Assembly (NCBI RefSeq): GCF_009914755.1
Contig: NC_060942.1
Source: the human T2T-CHM13v2.0 reference genome, Homo sapiens
Reading direction: 5' to 3' (one strand)
Length of the DNA: 64,000 nucleotides
Every line of letters starts with the position of its first letter. The stretch's first letter is position 1. Below are positions 41,300-58,935 of the stretch, in pieces. The position numbers were made by a program, and so were the translations under genes. Under the pieces are notes generated by a model. It worked only from the letters and a program-made list of their open reading frames with translations, made no database searches and was not told where the DNA came from.

Positions 41300-41870
41300 A
41301 TAGTATGCTGACCCCTGGGGTATCCACACCTACTCCCAGTCATTCAATCAAATGCAAATCTGGATTCGCTGTGAAGGGGTCTTGCAGTTCCACTGAAGGA
41401 CCCATGCCAGTTAATTTTAAGAAACGGAGGGATTATCTGGGTGGGCCTGACCTAATCAGTCTCATTAGCCCTTTAAAAGCAGAGAGATTTTTTATTTTTC
41501 TCAAGCAGGCCACAGAGGAAGAAGTCAGAAACACATGTTCTTCTGGGCCTGGAAAGAAGCAACGCTATGCTGTGAATTTCCAATAGGAGCCACATGGCAA
41601 GAAATTGTGAGTGGCTTCTAGGAGCTGAAAGTGGCCCCTAGCTGACAGCAGGAAAATGTGGACCTCAGTCATAGGACCACAAGGAAATGAATCCTGGCAA
41701 AAACATTGAGCTTGGAAGCATCTTGATGTCAACGCTGTGATAATCTGAGCACAGAATTCCACCATGCCATTCCCAGACTTCTGATCTACGGAACTGTGAA
41801 CTCATAAAAGGATATTTTTAAGCCATTAAGGTTATGGAAATTTGTAACATAACAGTAGAAATCTAATATA
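41300..41870 (+). mobile_element. Solo MLT1E/F-like LTR
   Basis: GGATTATCTGGGTGGGCCTGACCTAATCA, GCCACATGGCAAG, GACTTCTGATCTACGGAACTGTGA, TTTTAAGCCATTAAG...CTAATATA end. Confidence 0.82.
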
Positions 41871-42728
41871 CCTCTATGATTAGAGAAAATAGTAGATAAT
41901 TTAATAGTTGTTTCTTATATTGAAAAATACTTCTTAGGCATTCTACTTATAATTTCCTCTTCATGTAGCTCAGCTGAAATGTCATTCTCATCCACAGTTT
42001 GAGATAGTACACTGGCCCCCAGTGTACACGTACCTTCTGTTAATTATGTACTATAAATCACCAGGTCAGCCTTTCTCCAGGTAGGCAGAACTGGACCTTT
42101 CTCTACCTTAAGGCAATTTCCCTCAAGGGAAAAACAGAGGATCCCAGGAGGCAAAACACAAAACAAGACGCTGCTATTTCAGAGCATTCTCTACCCCAGG
42201 ACTGTTTGCTTTGTGGAGATTGGGAGTCTAAATTTAAATGGCCTCATACAAGAACTCTACCCATTAAACTTTGTTTTTCTTTATCGCAGTAGTACATTTT
42301 ATTTCAAGATGGCTACAGCAAGTGAGCAAGCTGTTGGTCAGGAAGCTGGGGTGTGCTGAAAATTCCCCGGTGATTCATTTATAGAGAGAATGACAAGAGT
42401 TCTGAATGGACAAGAGGGGAACGGTGGCCACAAGAAAGCTCTGGGAGTATCATTAAACCAGTTTCCTTATTGTTCAGAACCGGACAGGTTCCACCTGGTC
42501 TTCACTCTTGGGTCCAGGTGGCTCCAACTGCATGAACCAAAATAAAGGGCATCTGCAGGTTTTCCAGAGGGAGAATGACGCAGAGAGGAGGTAGAGAAAA
42601 CATTAAAAAGAATATTTATTTTCTAGGACCATGGAAAGCTGAGTAGTGAATTTTATTTTTAACTTCATTTTTTGATCAACCCTTTTCTTGAAAAGAAAAC
42701 GCTAGCGATTTCACTTAAGGCACAACCA

Positions 42729-42748
42729 GAGCGCCACCATGTGGTGCA
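42729..42748. promoter_or_regulatory. Candidate CTCF site
   Basis: GAGCGCCACCATGTGGTGCA. The minus strand reads CCACATGGTGGCGCT against the consensus CCASYAGRKGGCRS. It lies in unique sequence with locally retained CpGs. Confidence 0.5.
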
Positions 42749-44339
42749 GTCTTTATGGACGCACGCGGGCTTAGAGTGGGTTTGCAGACTGAGAAAGTAT
42801 TGCAAGAAAAAAATTGTACATCGTGACAAAAGCCAGAAAACTTAATAATAAAGATCATGCGTGTTTTCGAAAGTTTGGTGATAGCCTTGTTTTTTTTATC
42901 ATCGTATTTCTAGAAGGTATGACAATGACTCTCACATTTAAAACTGTGTAAGGTTATCACTGGTGTCATTTTTAAAGTGAAGTTATTTTGTTTAATTGCC
43001 TTATTTAAAAAAACAGAACCGAGCTAACACTAGCACACAGGAACAGAAAAGTATATGCTCTACTTCATGAATACTCACATTTTTTTGCAAATTCCTCATA
43101 GAGATCAGCTGGTATTAGTGGATTTCTAGATTATTTGTTTGGTTGTGAGGTTGCTGTTTGTGAGCAGATAGAAAAAAGGTGATCTCATTCATCAATTCGA
43201 ATAATGAGTTCAATCATGTTGTGTCCTTGTAACACTCTGCTTTAGGTTAAAATTCTGGAAGAGAGTGCGTGATTAGCTTTTCTTGATCTTCTGACCAACC
43301 TTTGTCCAGGGGCCCTGACTTACAGTCTGGCCAAGACTACATGCAATGAAGGGTAGTTCACAAAATCAAAAGTAGGCTTAGAATAGCAAGGAGGTAGGCA
43401 AAAGCCAGCATATGACAAGTGTGCTTTGTGTCATTTCAGGGACTAGTTTATCCCTAGATACCACTAGGCACCAAACGTATGGCACACATACATGTCCTAA
43501 CTCCCAGTGTCTGCTTACTGAATGATGCAGAGCATCCTGAGCTGCCTGAGATCTTCTGGTCCATGGACATTCTGCCACTATGGGCTCCTGATCAAAGTTT
43601 AATCTCAGAGTCACTGAGGTCACCTGCCACTATATTATAAGCTTCCCAGAAGCTCACACAGTATCTGCTTTCACTGTATCTTAGGTCCATTTCTGGCCCG
43701 AAGATATTTGTGTTTTGTTTTTATGCTGCATATTCAGGTATTTCAATGGGAAACTACCTAAAAAGGACCTGAAACCTTCTGGACACCTTGGTGAAATGAT
43801 TTTTCTCTTCTGCAAGGAGATTAAGTCATCATTAATGCTGTCACTGTTGCTTTTGTGCAGTGTGCTGTCTTTGTGTCCTTGCTAAGAAAGAGCTTGCTTG
43901 TGATGAAAAAGACCCATATCGTGTCTGAAGATTCCTTACTCTTTCAAATTTTGCTTTAGAAATTACAATGTGTTTAAATATTCTTTGCCAAAATATGTCC
44001 CTTTCTTCGAGGACTTATGACTGCTTTTTTTTTCAGTTATTTTACAGTATATATATATATGAGGCAGAAGTTTTGATCAGTGCCCCAAATCAATGAAAAA
44101 AAAAGTTGTTATAAAATGTCACCTTGGCCTCTTAATTTGTCACCTGTATGAAAATTATAAAGGAGGTCAGAACATTTCTTCCCCACATTTTTCTGCCTTC
44201 CCAGCAATTACCCAGTTGTACCCCTCAAGAAACTTCTTATTTACAGGCCTGCAGTAATCCCTACTGCAGGTGCCTTCATGGCTGTTTCTTGATATTGCAT
44301 GATTGCTAGTTCATTGTAATAAAAGAATATCTTCTGGCC

Positions 44340-44368
44340 TGAGAGAGAGAGAGAGAGAGAAAGAGAAA
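44340..44368. repeat. (GA)n microsatellite
   Basis: GAGAGAGAGAGAGAGAGAGAAAGAGAAAG. Confidence 0.9.
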
Positions 44369-44943
44369 GCCAGACTTGCCAGGAGAACTGGAAGTCTTCT
44401 GACTCAGGCCATGGCTTTTCTCATAGATGACTTTGTTTCTCCACAATTGTGATCTTTTCTCTCACTGATGTCTAAATGACATTACTCTTATGTTAGAAAA
44501 TACTGAAAAAGAGATTATTAAAATATCTAATCAGCTCGTTATAATAATACATCTATGCTATTCGGTAGCTTTAAAACCTCTTTACAAACAGTTGGTGGTA
44601 GGTTCAGACAATTTCTGAGCAGAAGAAGCTTCTATTCTCTTAGTATCACATGCTTAATAGTTGATGTTGAAACATTCTTTGTCTTGGAGGATTATTTTTT
44701 AAACTGTCTTAGTGATGAAATATCAAATTATAAAATATACTGAGCTACAGGGTGATTTTTCATTTTTGTACTTGACTTATTTTAGCATTTCACCTAAGTG
44801 CTGCTTTTTCCAGCAGCTTTTTTCCCCAATTTCTATAGAAATGTCATTAGAAGGAGTAATTTTCCCAAATGCCCTATTATTTCTAGGTGAGCAACAAAAG
44901 TAAATTGTCTGCTGAAGACAAAGTAGGCTGAGAGGATATATCA

Positions 44944-45397
<454 letters not shown>

Positions 45398-45750
45398 TTA
45401 AAAACGCTGAAATAAGAATCTTTATTCACTTTGTGTTTTTTTCTTCTAACAGACTTTCTTCTACCACTGACTTTGGAAGATGAACACGTTGATTTATACA
45501 GATTTTAGAGGACAGAAGCTCATTTTGTAACTCCCTGCAGGGTAAAAACCTACTTCTTACTTTGGCATATGAGACTTTACCAAATGTAGCCTTAATCATT
45601 TATGTGCAGCTCATTTGCAGCATTCCTTATTCTGGCTATATTCAGTTGCTATTATCCAGGGATACAGACACTCTCTTGCTAGTGAACTTTTATCATACTG
45701 TCCCTTGTGCCTGAAATACATTGATCTTACTCATCCTTCCTGATCAAGAT

Positions 45751-45973
45751 TAGGGGTCAGCAAACTGTGACCATGGATCACATCTGACCTGCCACTCTAC
45801 CTCTTTTTGCAAATAAAGATTTATTAGAACACAGCCATGCTCATTTATTCCTATATTGTCTATTACAGCTTTTGCACTATGACTGCAGAGTTGAATATGT
45901 ACAGCAGAGACTAGCCACAGAGCCTAAAATATTTCCTATCTGACACTTCACAAAAAAAGTTTGCTGATATCTG
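45751..45973. mobile_element. MER58A (hAT-Charlie)
   Basis: TIRs AGGGGTCAGCAAAC / GTTTGCTGATATCTG; AATAAAGATTTATTAGAACACAGCCATGCTCATTTATT core. Confidence 0.87.
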
Positions 45974-46109
45974 GTCTATATCAACATTATTTTTCTGGTG
46001 AAGTAGTCACTCCATCCAAGTCTCCTAGTCAACTTATCATTTCTATAATCCTAGAGCATTCTTCACAAGCCACTAAAGAGTAACTAGCATTGTTAGAAAA
46101 TGTGTTTAT

Positions 46110-47510
46110 TCTATACTATAAGGCAATAGTAACCAAAACAGCATGGTACTGGTACAAAAACAGACACATAGATCAATGGAATAGGTTAGAGAATCCAGAA
46201 ATAAAGCTACACACCTACGACCATCTGATCTTTGATAATGTCAACAATAACAAGCAATGAGGAAAGAACTCCCTATTCAATAAATGGTGCTGGGATAACT
46301 GGCTAGCCAGATGCAAAAGAATGAAACTAGACCACTACCTTTCACAATATGCAAAAATTAACTCAAGATTGATTAATGACTTAAACATAAAATCTAAAAC
46401 TATAAAAACCCTAGAAGAAAATCTAGGAAATATTATTCAGCACATAGGCTTTGGCAAAGATGTTATGATGAGGATTACCAAAGCGATTGCAACAAAACAA
46501 AAATTGATAAATGGGACCGACCTGATTAAACCAAAGAGCCTCTGCACAGCAAAATAAACCATCAACAGAGTAAAGAGACAGCCTACAAAATGCAAGAAAA
46601 TTTTCACAAACTATGCATCTGAAAAAGGCCCAATATCCAGCATCTATAAGGAACTTAAATAATTGAACAAGTGAAAAACAAATAACCCCATTAAAAATGG
46701 GCAAAAGACATGAACAGACACTTCTAAAAAGAAGACATACAAGTAGCCAACAAATATATGAAAAAATGTTCATCATCACTAATCATCAGAGAAATGTAAA
46801 TGAAAACCACAATGAGATATCAACAGTAAAATAACAACATATATTGGCAAGGCTGCAGAGAAAAAGGAATGCTAATACACTGTTGGTGGGAATGCAAATT
46901 AATTCAGCTACTGTGAAAAGCAGATTGGAGATTTCTCACAGATCTTAAAACAGAACTACCATTCAACCCAGGAATCCCAATACTTGGTATATACCCAAAA
47001 GAATATAAATAATTATACCATGAAGACACATGCACATGTACGTTCATTATAGCACTTTTCACAATACCAAAGACATGGAATCAACCTACCTGCTCATCAG
47101 TGGTAGACAAGGTAAAGAAAATGTGATACATATATACTGTGGAACACTACACAGTGATAAAAAAGAATGAAATCATGTCCTTTGCAGCAACACAAATGCA
47201 GCCGGAGGCCATTATCCCAAGTAAATTAACACTGGAACAGAAAACCAAATGCTGCACGTTCTTACTTTTAAATGGGTGCTAAGCATTGAGTACCCAGGGA
47301 AACAAAGAAGGGAACAATAGATATGAGAACTTACCTGAGAGTGGAGGGTGGGAGGAGAATAAAGACCAAAAAACTACCTATTGGGTACTATGTTCATTAC
47401 CTGGGTGACAAAATCATTTGTACACTGAACTCCAGCAACACACAATTTACTGATGTAATAAGCCTGCACAGATACCCTCTGAGTCTAAAGTAATAATTAG
47501 AAAAAAAAAA
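46110..47510 (+). mobile_element. 5'-truncated LINE-1 (L1PA15/16-like), 3' 1.4 kb
   Basis: ORF2 C-terminal remnant ([26 protein letters not shown]). 3'UTR contains AAAACTACCTATTGGGTACTATG. Poly(A) tail. 15-bp TSD AGAAAAT(G/T)TGTTTAT at 46095-46109 and 47511-47525. Confidence 0.93.
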
Positions 47511-48688
47511 AGAAAATTTGTTTATGAGCCTATCCATCCCAAAGCAACTTTTCATTTCCTGTAGATCAGGACTATTTTATTTTATTTGTTGCTACATGAC
47601 CAGTTCCAAGAACAATGACAGAATAGAGAAAGTGCTCAGGCAATGTTTGTGGAATAGTGAATAAAGTATTTGAGAAACCAACTAAAACCCAAACAGGAGG
47701 AAATGACAAGTAAAATAAAATATTTTCCACATTTTTTTTCACTGGATATGTTACTTATTATAGTTTTATAAGAATTAGATATTTCTTTGGGGATAAATTG
47801 TCTTCTGGTTTAGATAACTTCCATAAAGTAAAATCAAATGGTGCTATAGTCCCATTTGACTAGATATGTCAAGATGACTATTTCTAGGCAGTTCAGTGTA
47901 TAAGGGTAGCTATAAAATATTGGTGCTGATATTTTAAAGTGGCATCAAACACATGAACGGGAAAATTTTTTCCAGTCTTTGGCACATGCATTTATGTCTC
48001 CGATGGTGGTAAATCTTCAGTCTTGGGGTAAGGGATGAATGGATTTAGTTTTTTAAAAGTTCCGTAGTCATCTGGTGACACATGTTATGAATAAGGTAGG
48101 TGATAAAGTTGAGAAATTTTTTTAATCTAACAAGGAATATTCTTATGAAGCAACAAGAATGATGTTTTGTGTATATCTGAAATTGGCTCATTCAACAAAC
48201 AACAATTGAGTTCTTATTGTATAAGAAGTGTTCAGAAGGCAATTCCAAATGAGGCCTTCCCCAAATGTTTGAAGAACATAAGAGTATATGTAAGGCCCAG
48301 CACACATGTGATGAGTAATTACAAATGAAGATGAGCCAGACAGACTCAGATATGAGTGGAGGACTGATGAAAACTCCTACTTAGATCTTCATACCAAAAT
48401 TGGGCAAGAGAGCATTGGCCCTTATCACTTGAGAAGGAGCAGTGTCTTCCTCCTTTGTTGGGTCAGTCAAAAGAGCACAGGTGGACAATGCTAGGCTGGT
48501 ATGTGGGAGTCAGAAATAGAACACATAGGACGAAGGGGCAAAATCGAGGCTAACAGCAGATTTGAGGGTCAAGTTGGAAAAGTTGAAGTAGAATTCGATC
48601 TCAGAGGCAAGTGTTAGGCAGGAAAGCCAGAGGTCAAGAGCTGAGTGAATACAAATGAAGCAGGACAGGGGACAAGAATGAGATGAAG

Positions 48689-49018
<330 letters not shown>

Positions 49019-49099
49019 TTATGAGCATCACCTGGGCTCCTAGAGTCCCCTTGTATTGGATGTTGACAAAGTAGAGGGTATGGGGTCCACATGGGCTAA

Positions 49100-49512
<413 letters not shown>

Positions 49513-50286
49513 TAAAAATTAGTAAATACAAAATGCTTCCACAGGAAACTTCTTCCCTGACATTTCCTCATCTGTCGTCTTTCTTTCTTCCAACCCTCAG
49601 AAAAATCCTATCAGATACAGATGAGAAGCCTCTGTCAGGAGGCACTCCCTTTATGACCCGAATATTTATAGTCTCAGACCCTGTAAGACACATAACTCCT
49701 CTACTAACCCACAGAAGGTGAGGTCTCCCTTAAAAATTAAAAAATGCCTCAGAGGCACAAACCACTGTTTCATTTTTTTATTTTGTCGTACTGGAGGTTA
49801 TATTCACCTGCAAATGAGGTACAAAGAGCCAAAATCTTTAATCAGAATCAAAGGTCTGTGCTTACTAGTTACCTTTGTACTGACAAGGAGTTTCACACAA
49901 ATAGAACTGCAATAATGTTTATTTTCCTGGCAGCCAAAACCATAATGCTCTTACAGATATTCAACTGTCTGTAACATTCTTGAAGAGTAAGAAAGGACAA
50001 AAATGACTAGGCAGCCAACAAGGTGAGCAAAGCATTCAGGATTTTATATGTGGAAATATCTAATTTTTAAACACCATGGGTCATCTTAAGCCCCAGATGG
50101 CTTGTAAGGTAGGCAGGAATATGCCTAGTCTGATTTTTTAAAAGGCCTACTTTACAAACTGGAAACTTTTTATACCACCCCCTTCCTGACCTGGCCTGAG
50201 GAAGAACTAGACTTCAGCACTATCCTGAACGAATTAATCTCTAAAACAATAATTGCTAGGACAGGAACTTGAGCAGACATCTGGAG

Positions 50287-50474
50287 ATAGGTTTCCAAGC
50301 TGGGCGAATTATCACATTCCCCTGGGAGCTATCAAAGAGTACAGAAATAAAGGGAGCAAATCTGCAGGCTCCATCCCTAGAGAATGATTCATAAACCTGG
50401 GGTGTGGCTAAGACTTTTCATATTAAAGGACTCCCCAGGTGACAGTGAAGATCAGCCAGGTTTAGGAACCACTG
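50287..50474. mobile_element. MER5A/B-like MITE
   Basis: CTCCCCAGGTGAC...CAGCCAGGTTTAGGAACCACTG end. Confidence 0.7.
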
Positions 50475-50958
50475 GTTGATTGTATTTTCCTTGCACCAGG
50501 AAAGGGCACCCCTAAATCACCCTCCACGAAAAAAATTAAAAAAACAAAAACTTTTTCTTTAAAGACAAAATTTCCTAATTTCTTCATGTAAAATATAATC
50601 AAACTGTAAAGCCCATTTGGAAATAATCGACACATCTAGAGTCTATTTAAATAGCTACATTTAGATTAAGATTTCCCTTTACAAAGTAATTCGTTTGTGA
50701 AATTACACACATGTTCTCTCTTTTACTGTTATTGTACTGCATTTTGGAAGGCATAAATAAAATATAGCCAAGTACAAAGATAAAAATCTACTGGCCCAAA
50801 ACAGAATATACTGGCTTATTTTTATATTTGCATCAGGTCTTTTTTGTTATTGTCAGTTTGCTTTAGAAAATAAAACTGGAGTAAAAATTAAACCCATCCA
50901 TTTCTTTCACCACTTCTACCTACCATCTCTCCTTCTCTCCAGTTCAATAAACACTATC

Positions 50959-51853
50959 CGGAGGAGCCAAGATGGCCGAATAGGAACAGCTCTGGTCTAC
51001 AGCTCCCAGCGTGAGCGGCGCAGAAGACGGGTGATTTCTGCATTTTCATCTGAGGTACCGGGTTCATCTCACTAGGGAGTGCCAGACAGTGGGTGCAGGT
51101 CAGTGGGTGCGCGCACCGTGTGCGAGCCGAAGCAGGGCAAGGCACTGCCTCACTTGGGAAGCGCAAGGGGTCAGGGAGTTCCCTTTCTGAGTCAAAGAAA
51201 GGGGTGACAGACAGCACCTGGAAAATCGGGTCACTCCCACCCAAATACTGCGCTTTTCCGACGGGCTTAAAAAACGGCGCACCACGAGATTATATTCTGC
51301 ACCTGGCTCGGAGGGTCCTACGCCCACGGAGTCTCGCTGATTGCTAGCACAGCAGTCTGAGATCAAACTGCAAGGCGGCAGGGAGGAGCGCCCGCCACTG
51401 CCCAGGCTTGATTAGGTAAACAAAGCAGCCGGGAAGCTAGAACTGGGTGGAGCCCACCACAGCTCAAGGAGGCCTGCCTGCCTCTATAGGCTCCACCTCT
51501 GGGGGCAGGGCACAGACAAACAAAAAGACAGCAGTAACTTTTGCAGACTTAAATGTCCCTGTCTGACAGCTTTGAAGAGAGCAGTGGTTCTCCCAGCAAG
51601 CAGCTGGAGATCTGAGAACGGGCAGACTGTCTCCTCAAATGGGTCCCTGACCCCTGAGCCCCGAGCAGCCTAACTGGGAGGCACCCCCAGCAGGGGCACA
51701 CTGACACCTCACACCAGCAGGGTATTCCAACAGACCTGCAGCTGAGGGTCCTGTCTGTTAGAAGGAAAACTAACAAACAGAAAGGACATCCACACCAAAA
51801 ACCCATCTGTACATCACCATCATCAAAGACCAAAAGTAGATAAAACCACAAAG
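50959..51853. promoter_or_regulatory. L1 5'UTR with internal sense promoter (YY1 site) and antisense promoter
   Basis: CAAGATGGCCG YY1 motif at ~50968-50978 and many retained CpGs. Bidirectional promoter activity is established for L1PA 5'UTRs; activity of this copy is not shown. Confidence 0.75.
51100..51388 (-). pseudogene. L1 antisense ORF0 remnant
   Basis: Minus-strand ISDCCASNQRDSVGVGPSEPG...RRFLS matches primate L1 ORF0. The start ATG is changed to GTG (sense CCGCCACTG), and a ~10-nt deletion follows AAGGCGGCA. Confidence 0.75.
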
Positions 51854-52870
51854 ATGGGGAAAAAACAGAACAGAAAAACGGGAAACTCTAAAAAGCAGAG
51901 CGCCTCTCCTCCTCCAAAGGAACGCAGTTCCTCACCAGCAACGGAACAAAGCTGGATGGAGAATGACTTTGACGAGCTGAGAGAAGAAGGCTTCAGACGA
52001 TCAAATTACTCTGAGCTACGGGAGGACATTCAAACCAAAGGCAAAGAAGTTGAAAACTTTGAAAAAAATTTAGAAGAATGTATAACTAGAATAACCAATA
52101 CAGAGAAGTGCTTAAAGGAGCTGATGGAGCTGAAAACCAAGGCTCGAGAACTACGTGAAGAAAGCAGAAGCCTCAGGAGCCGATGCGATCAAATGGAAGA
52201 AAGGGTATCAGCAATGGAAGATGAAATGAATGAAATGAAGTGAGAAGGGAAGTTGAGAGAAAAAAGAATAAAAAGAAATGAGCAAAGCCTCCAAGAAATA
52301 TGGGACTATGTGAAAAGACCAAATCTACGTCTGATTGGTGTACCTGAAAGTGATGGGGAGAATGGAACCAAGTTGGAAAATACGCTGCAGTATATTATCC
52401 AGGAGAACTTCCCCAATCTAGCAAGGCAGGCCAACGTTCAGATTCAGGAAATACAGAGAATGCCACAAAGATACTCCTCGAGAAGAGCAACTCCAAGACA
52501 CATAATTGTCAGATTCACCAAAGTTGAAATGAAGGAAAAAATGTTAAGGGCAGCCAGAGAGAAAGGTCGGGTTACCCTCAAAGGGAAGCCCATCAGACTA
52601 ACAGCGGATCTCTTGGCAGAAACCCTACAAGCCAGAAGAGAGTGGGGGCCAATATTCAACATTCTTAAAGAAAAGAATTTTCAACCCAGAATTTCATATC
52701 CAGCCAAACTAAGCTTCATAAGCAAAGGAGAAATAAAATACTTTACAGACAAGCAAATGCTGACAGATTTTGTCACCACCCGGCCTGCCCTAAAAGAGCT
52801 CCTGAAGGAAGCGCTAAATATGGAAAGGAACAACCGGTACCAGCCACTGCAAAATCATGCCGAAATGTAA
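51854..52870 (+). pseudogene. L1 ORF1p (338 codons) with in-frame nonsense at codon 130
   Basis: MGKKQNRKTGNSK...EMNEMK*EGK...REKRIKRNEQSLQEIWDYVKRPNLRLIGVPE...YQPLQNHAEM. TGA at 52241-52243 replaces the consensus CGA (Arg). Both ORF-track halves are in the same frame. Confidence 0.96.
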
Positions 52871-52918
52871 AGACCATCGAAACTAGGAAGAAACTGCATC
52901 AACTAACGAGCAAAATAA

Positions 52919-56762
<3,844 letters not shown>

Positions 56763-57032
56763 ACAATGAGATCACATGTACACAGGAAGGGGAATATCAC
56801 ACTCTGGGGACTGTTGTGGGGTGGGGGGAGGGGGGAGGGATAGCATTGGGAGATATACCTAATGCTAGATGACGAGTTAGTGGGTGCAGCGCACCAGCAT
56901 GGCACATGTATACATATGTAACTAACCTGCACAATGTGCACATGTACCCTAAAACTTAAAAGTATAGTAATAAAAAAAAAAGAAAAAAAAAAGAAAAAGA
57001 AAAATATTACTAAGTTAAAAAAAAACACTATC

Positions 57033-57640
57033 ATAGATTTTCTCTGTAGTTTAAATGTTTATTTTCTACCACACACGTGTATCCATTAACCATATGCACA
57101 TATTAATTATTTTTTAACTTATGCAAATGGCATTATATTGTATTTAACACTTTGAAACTTCATTTTTTCTTTCAACATTGCATTTTCAACATCTATCCAT
57201 GTTGAAAAATATACTACATTAAATTATTTTAAGTGCTGTATGAACATTCCATCATATAAATACAGCACCACAGTATAGCAAACCATTCCATTAATGGTAG
57301 ATATTTGAACTTTTCAAAAACATTTACCTTCAGAAAAAATGTTGCTAGAGTGTCCATATATTTCCTTATTAATGCACATACACAAGAATTTCTGTAGGTA
57401 TTTTAGTTCAACTGCAAAGTTATAAGATATGTACATTTTCAAATTTACTTGAAAATATCTAATTTCTTCCAAAGTACTTATGAAAATTTTAATCAGCAGT
57501 GTATGACCGGTGTTTAGTTTCCCAGTTTTGCTAACATTGGCATTTGCAATTGTGTCAATATGATGGTGTCTTAGTGTCGTTTTAATGACATCTCCTCAAA
57601 TGCTTATGACATTGGATGCATTTTTATGAAATTATGTATT
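57033..57640 (-). mobile_element. Ancient L1ME fragment, the target of the young L1 (other part at ~50800-50958)
   Basis: AAATGGCATTATATTGTA, ATCTATCCATGTTG and AACCATTCCATTAATGG antisense L1ME 3' motifs that continue across the TSD. Confidence 0.6.
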
Positions 57641-57884
57641 CAACATTCCTTAATACATTTATTTTCTGAACAAAAGTTTTTCCCTCAGAGGAATGTCTTG
57701 ATCTGCTTGTCTTCCTCATTTTTAGTACCCATTCACTTGATTGTTTATATATATTATCAACAACAATGGACTCATACAGTAAAAAATTCTATCAGGATGA
57801 GAGGATTCTGAAAACAATTAAATGAAAATACCAAAAGCACCTTAAAATCTTCTGTAAATATTTATTGAACACTTACTAAATGGC

Positions 57885-58935
57885 AGTAGAATATTATGAT
57901 AAAGTGTGCAGTCTTTGAAGCTGAACCACATGGTTTTAAATTCCACCCCCACCATTTTGTAGCTGGGTGAACAAGGAAAAGTCCTTAACCTCTCTGTGCC
58001 ACAATTGCCACATATATAAAATGGACATCATAATGGTACTTTTCAGTTGAATGTTATATTAGATAATACACATAAAACATTTAGCAAAGCATACAGTACA
58101 TCATAAATATTCATGTTTTAGTTTTTATTATAGTCATGAAGATGTCACTATTTGTGGGAAGAGGGTAGTGGTGACTGTCATGAGCTATGTTCCTGAGAAA
58201 GTAGAATCTAGATAGAAATTAGCATGCAGAAGATTTTTTAGGATGTGCTCTTGGGATTACCACATTGAATGAAAGGAGAGACAACAGGACTGGGCAGACA
58301 AATGAGATCGGCTATGTTGCATGTTTTGCAGTGATTCAATACCTATATTTGCAGCCTATCAGAAATATAAAAAATATTGCCATTGAATCATAAAAATTAT
58401 GAGAAGAAGAAAGAGGAGACAGAAACAGAAGGGAAGAACAAAAGGAAGAAGAATAAAAGAATAGTCCCTGGCACTATTCTAAACATTTTACATATTAACT
58501 TATGTAATCCTCACAATATTTATAAGGATAATCCTGGTTTAACAGATGACAGAAGTGAGGTAATTTAAATAACTAGTCCATGGTCCTACAACTAGGATGT
58601 CATATAGCTAGATTTTGAACCCAGGCAATATAGCTTCAGAAATCATGTTCTCAACCACTATCCAGTACAGCCAGAATGAATGTCAATACCACTAACAAAC
58701 CTTATCCGTTTGTTATTGTGATTTCTATTATTGTTCTCTACCAGACGTTTTTCTAGGGTTTTACTTACATTATCTCACTTAATTGAATTCTTATAACTCA
58801 TGAAGGGTTATCCTCATTTGTAGACGAGGAGAGTAGATGATGTTTAGTTACTTTCCCGCAGACAAGTTATTAGTTGAGCAAGGATTTTACCCTGTGCTTG
58901 TTTGGCTTTAAATCCCTTGTTCCTTCCCACTATAA
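57885..58935. mobile_element. Cluster of MIR fragments
   Basis: CTTAACCTCTCTGTGCC (~57985), TTTGAACCCAGGCA (~58615), TATCCTCATTTGTAGACGAGG (~58810). Confidence 0.7.
58180..58325 (-). mobile_element. Old MLT1 (H-K class) LTR fragment
   Basis: TTAGCATGCAGAAGATTTTTTAGGATGTGCTCTTGGGATTA...CAGGACTGGGCAGA pattern. Confidence 0.5.
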
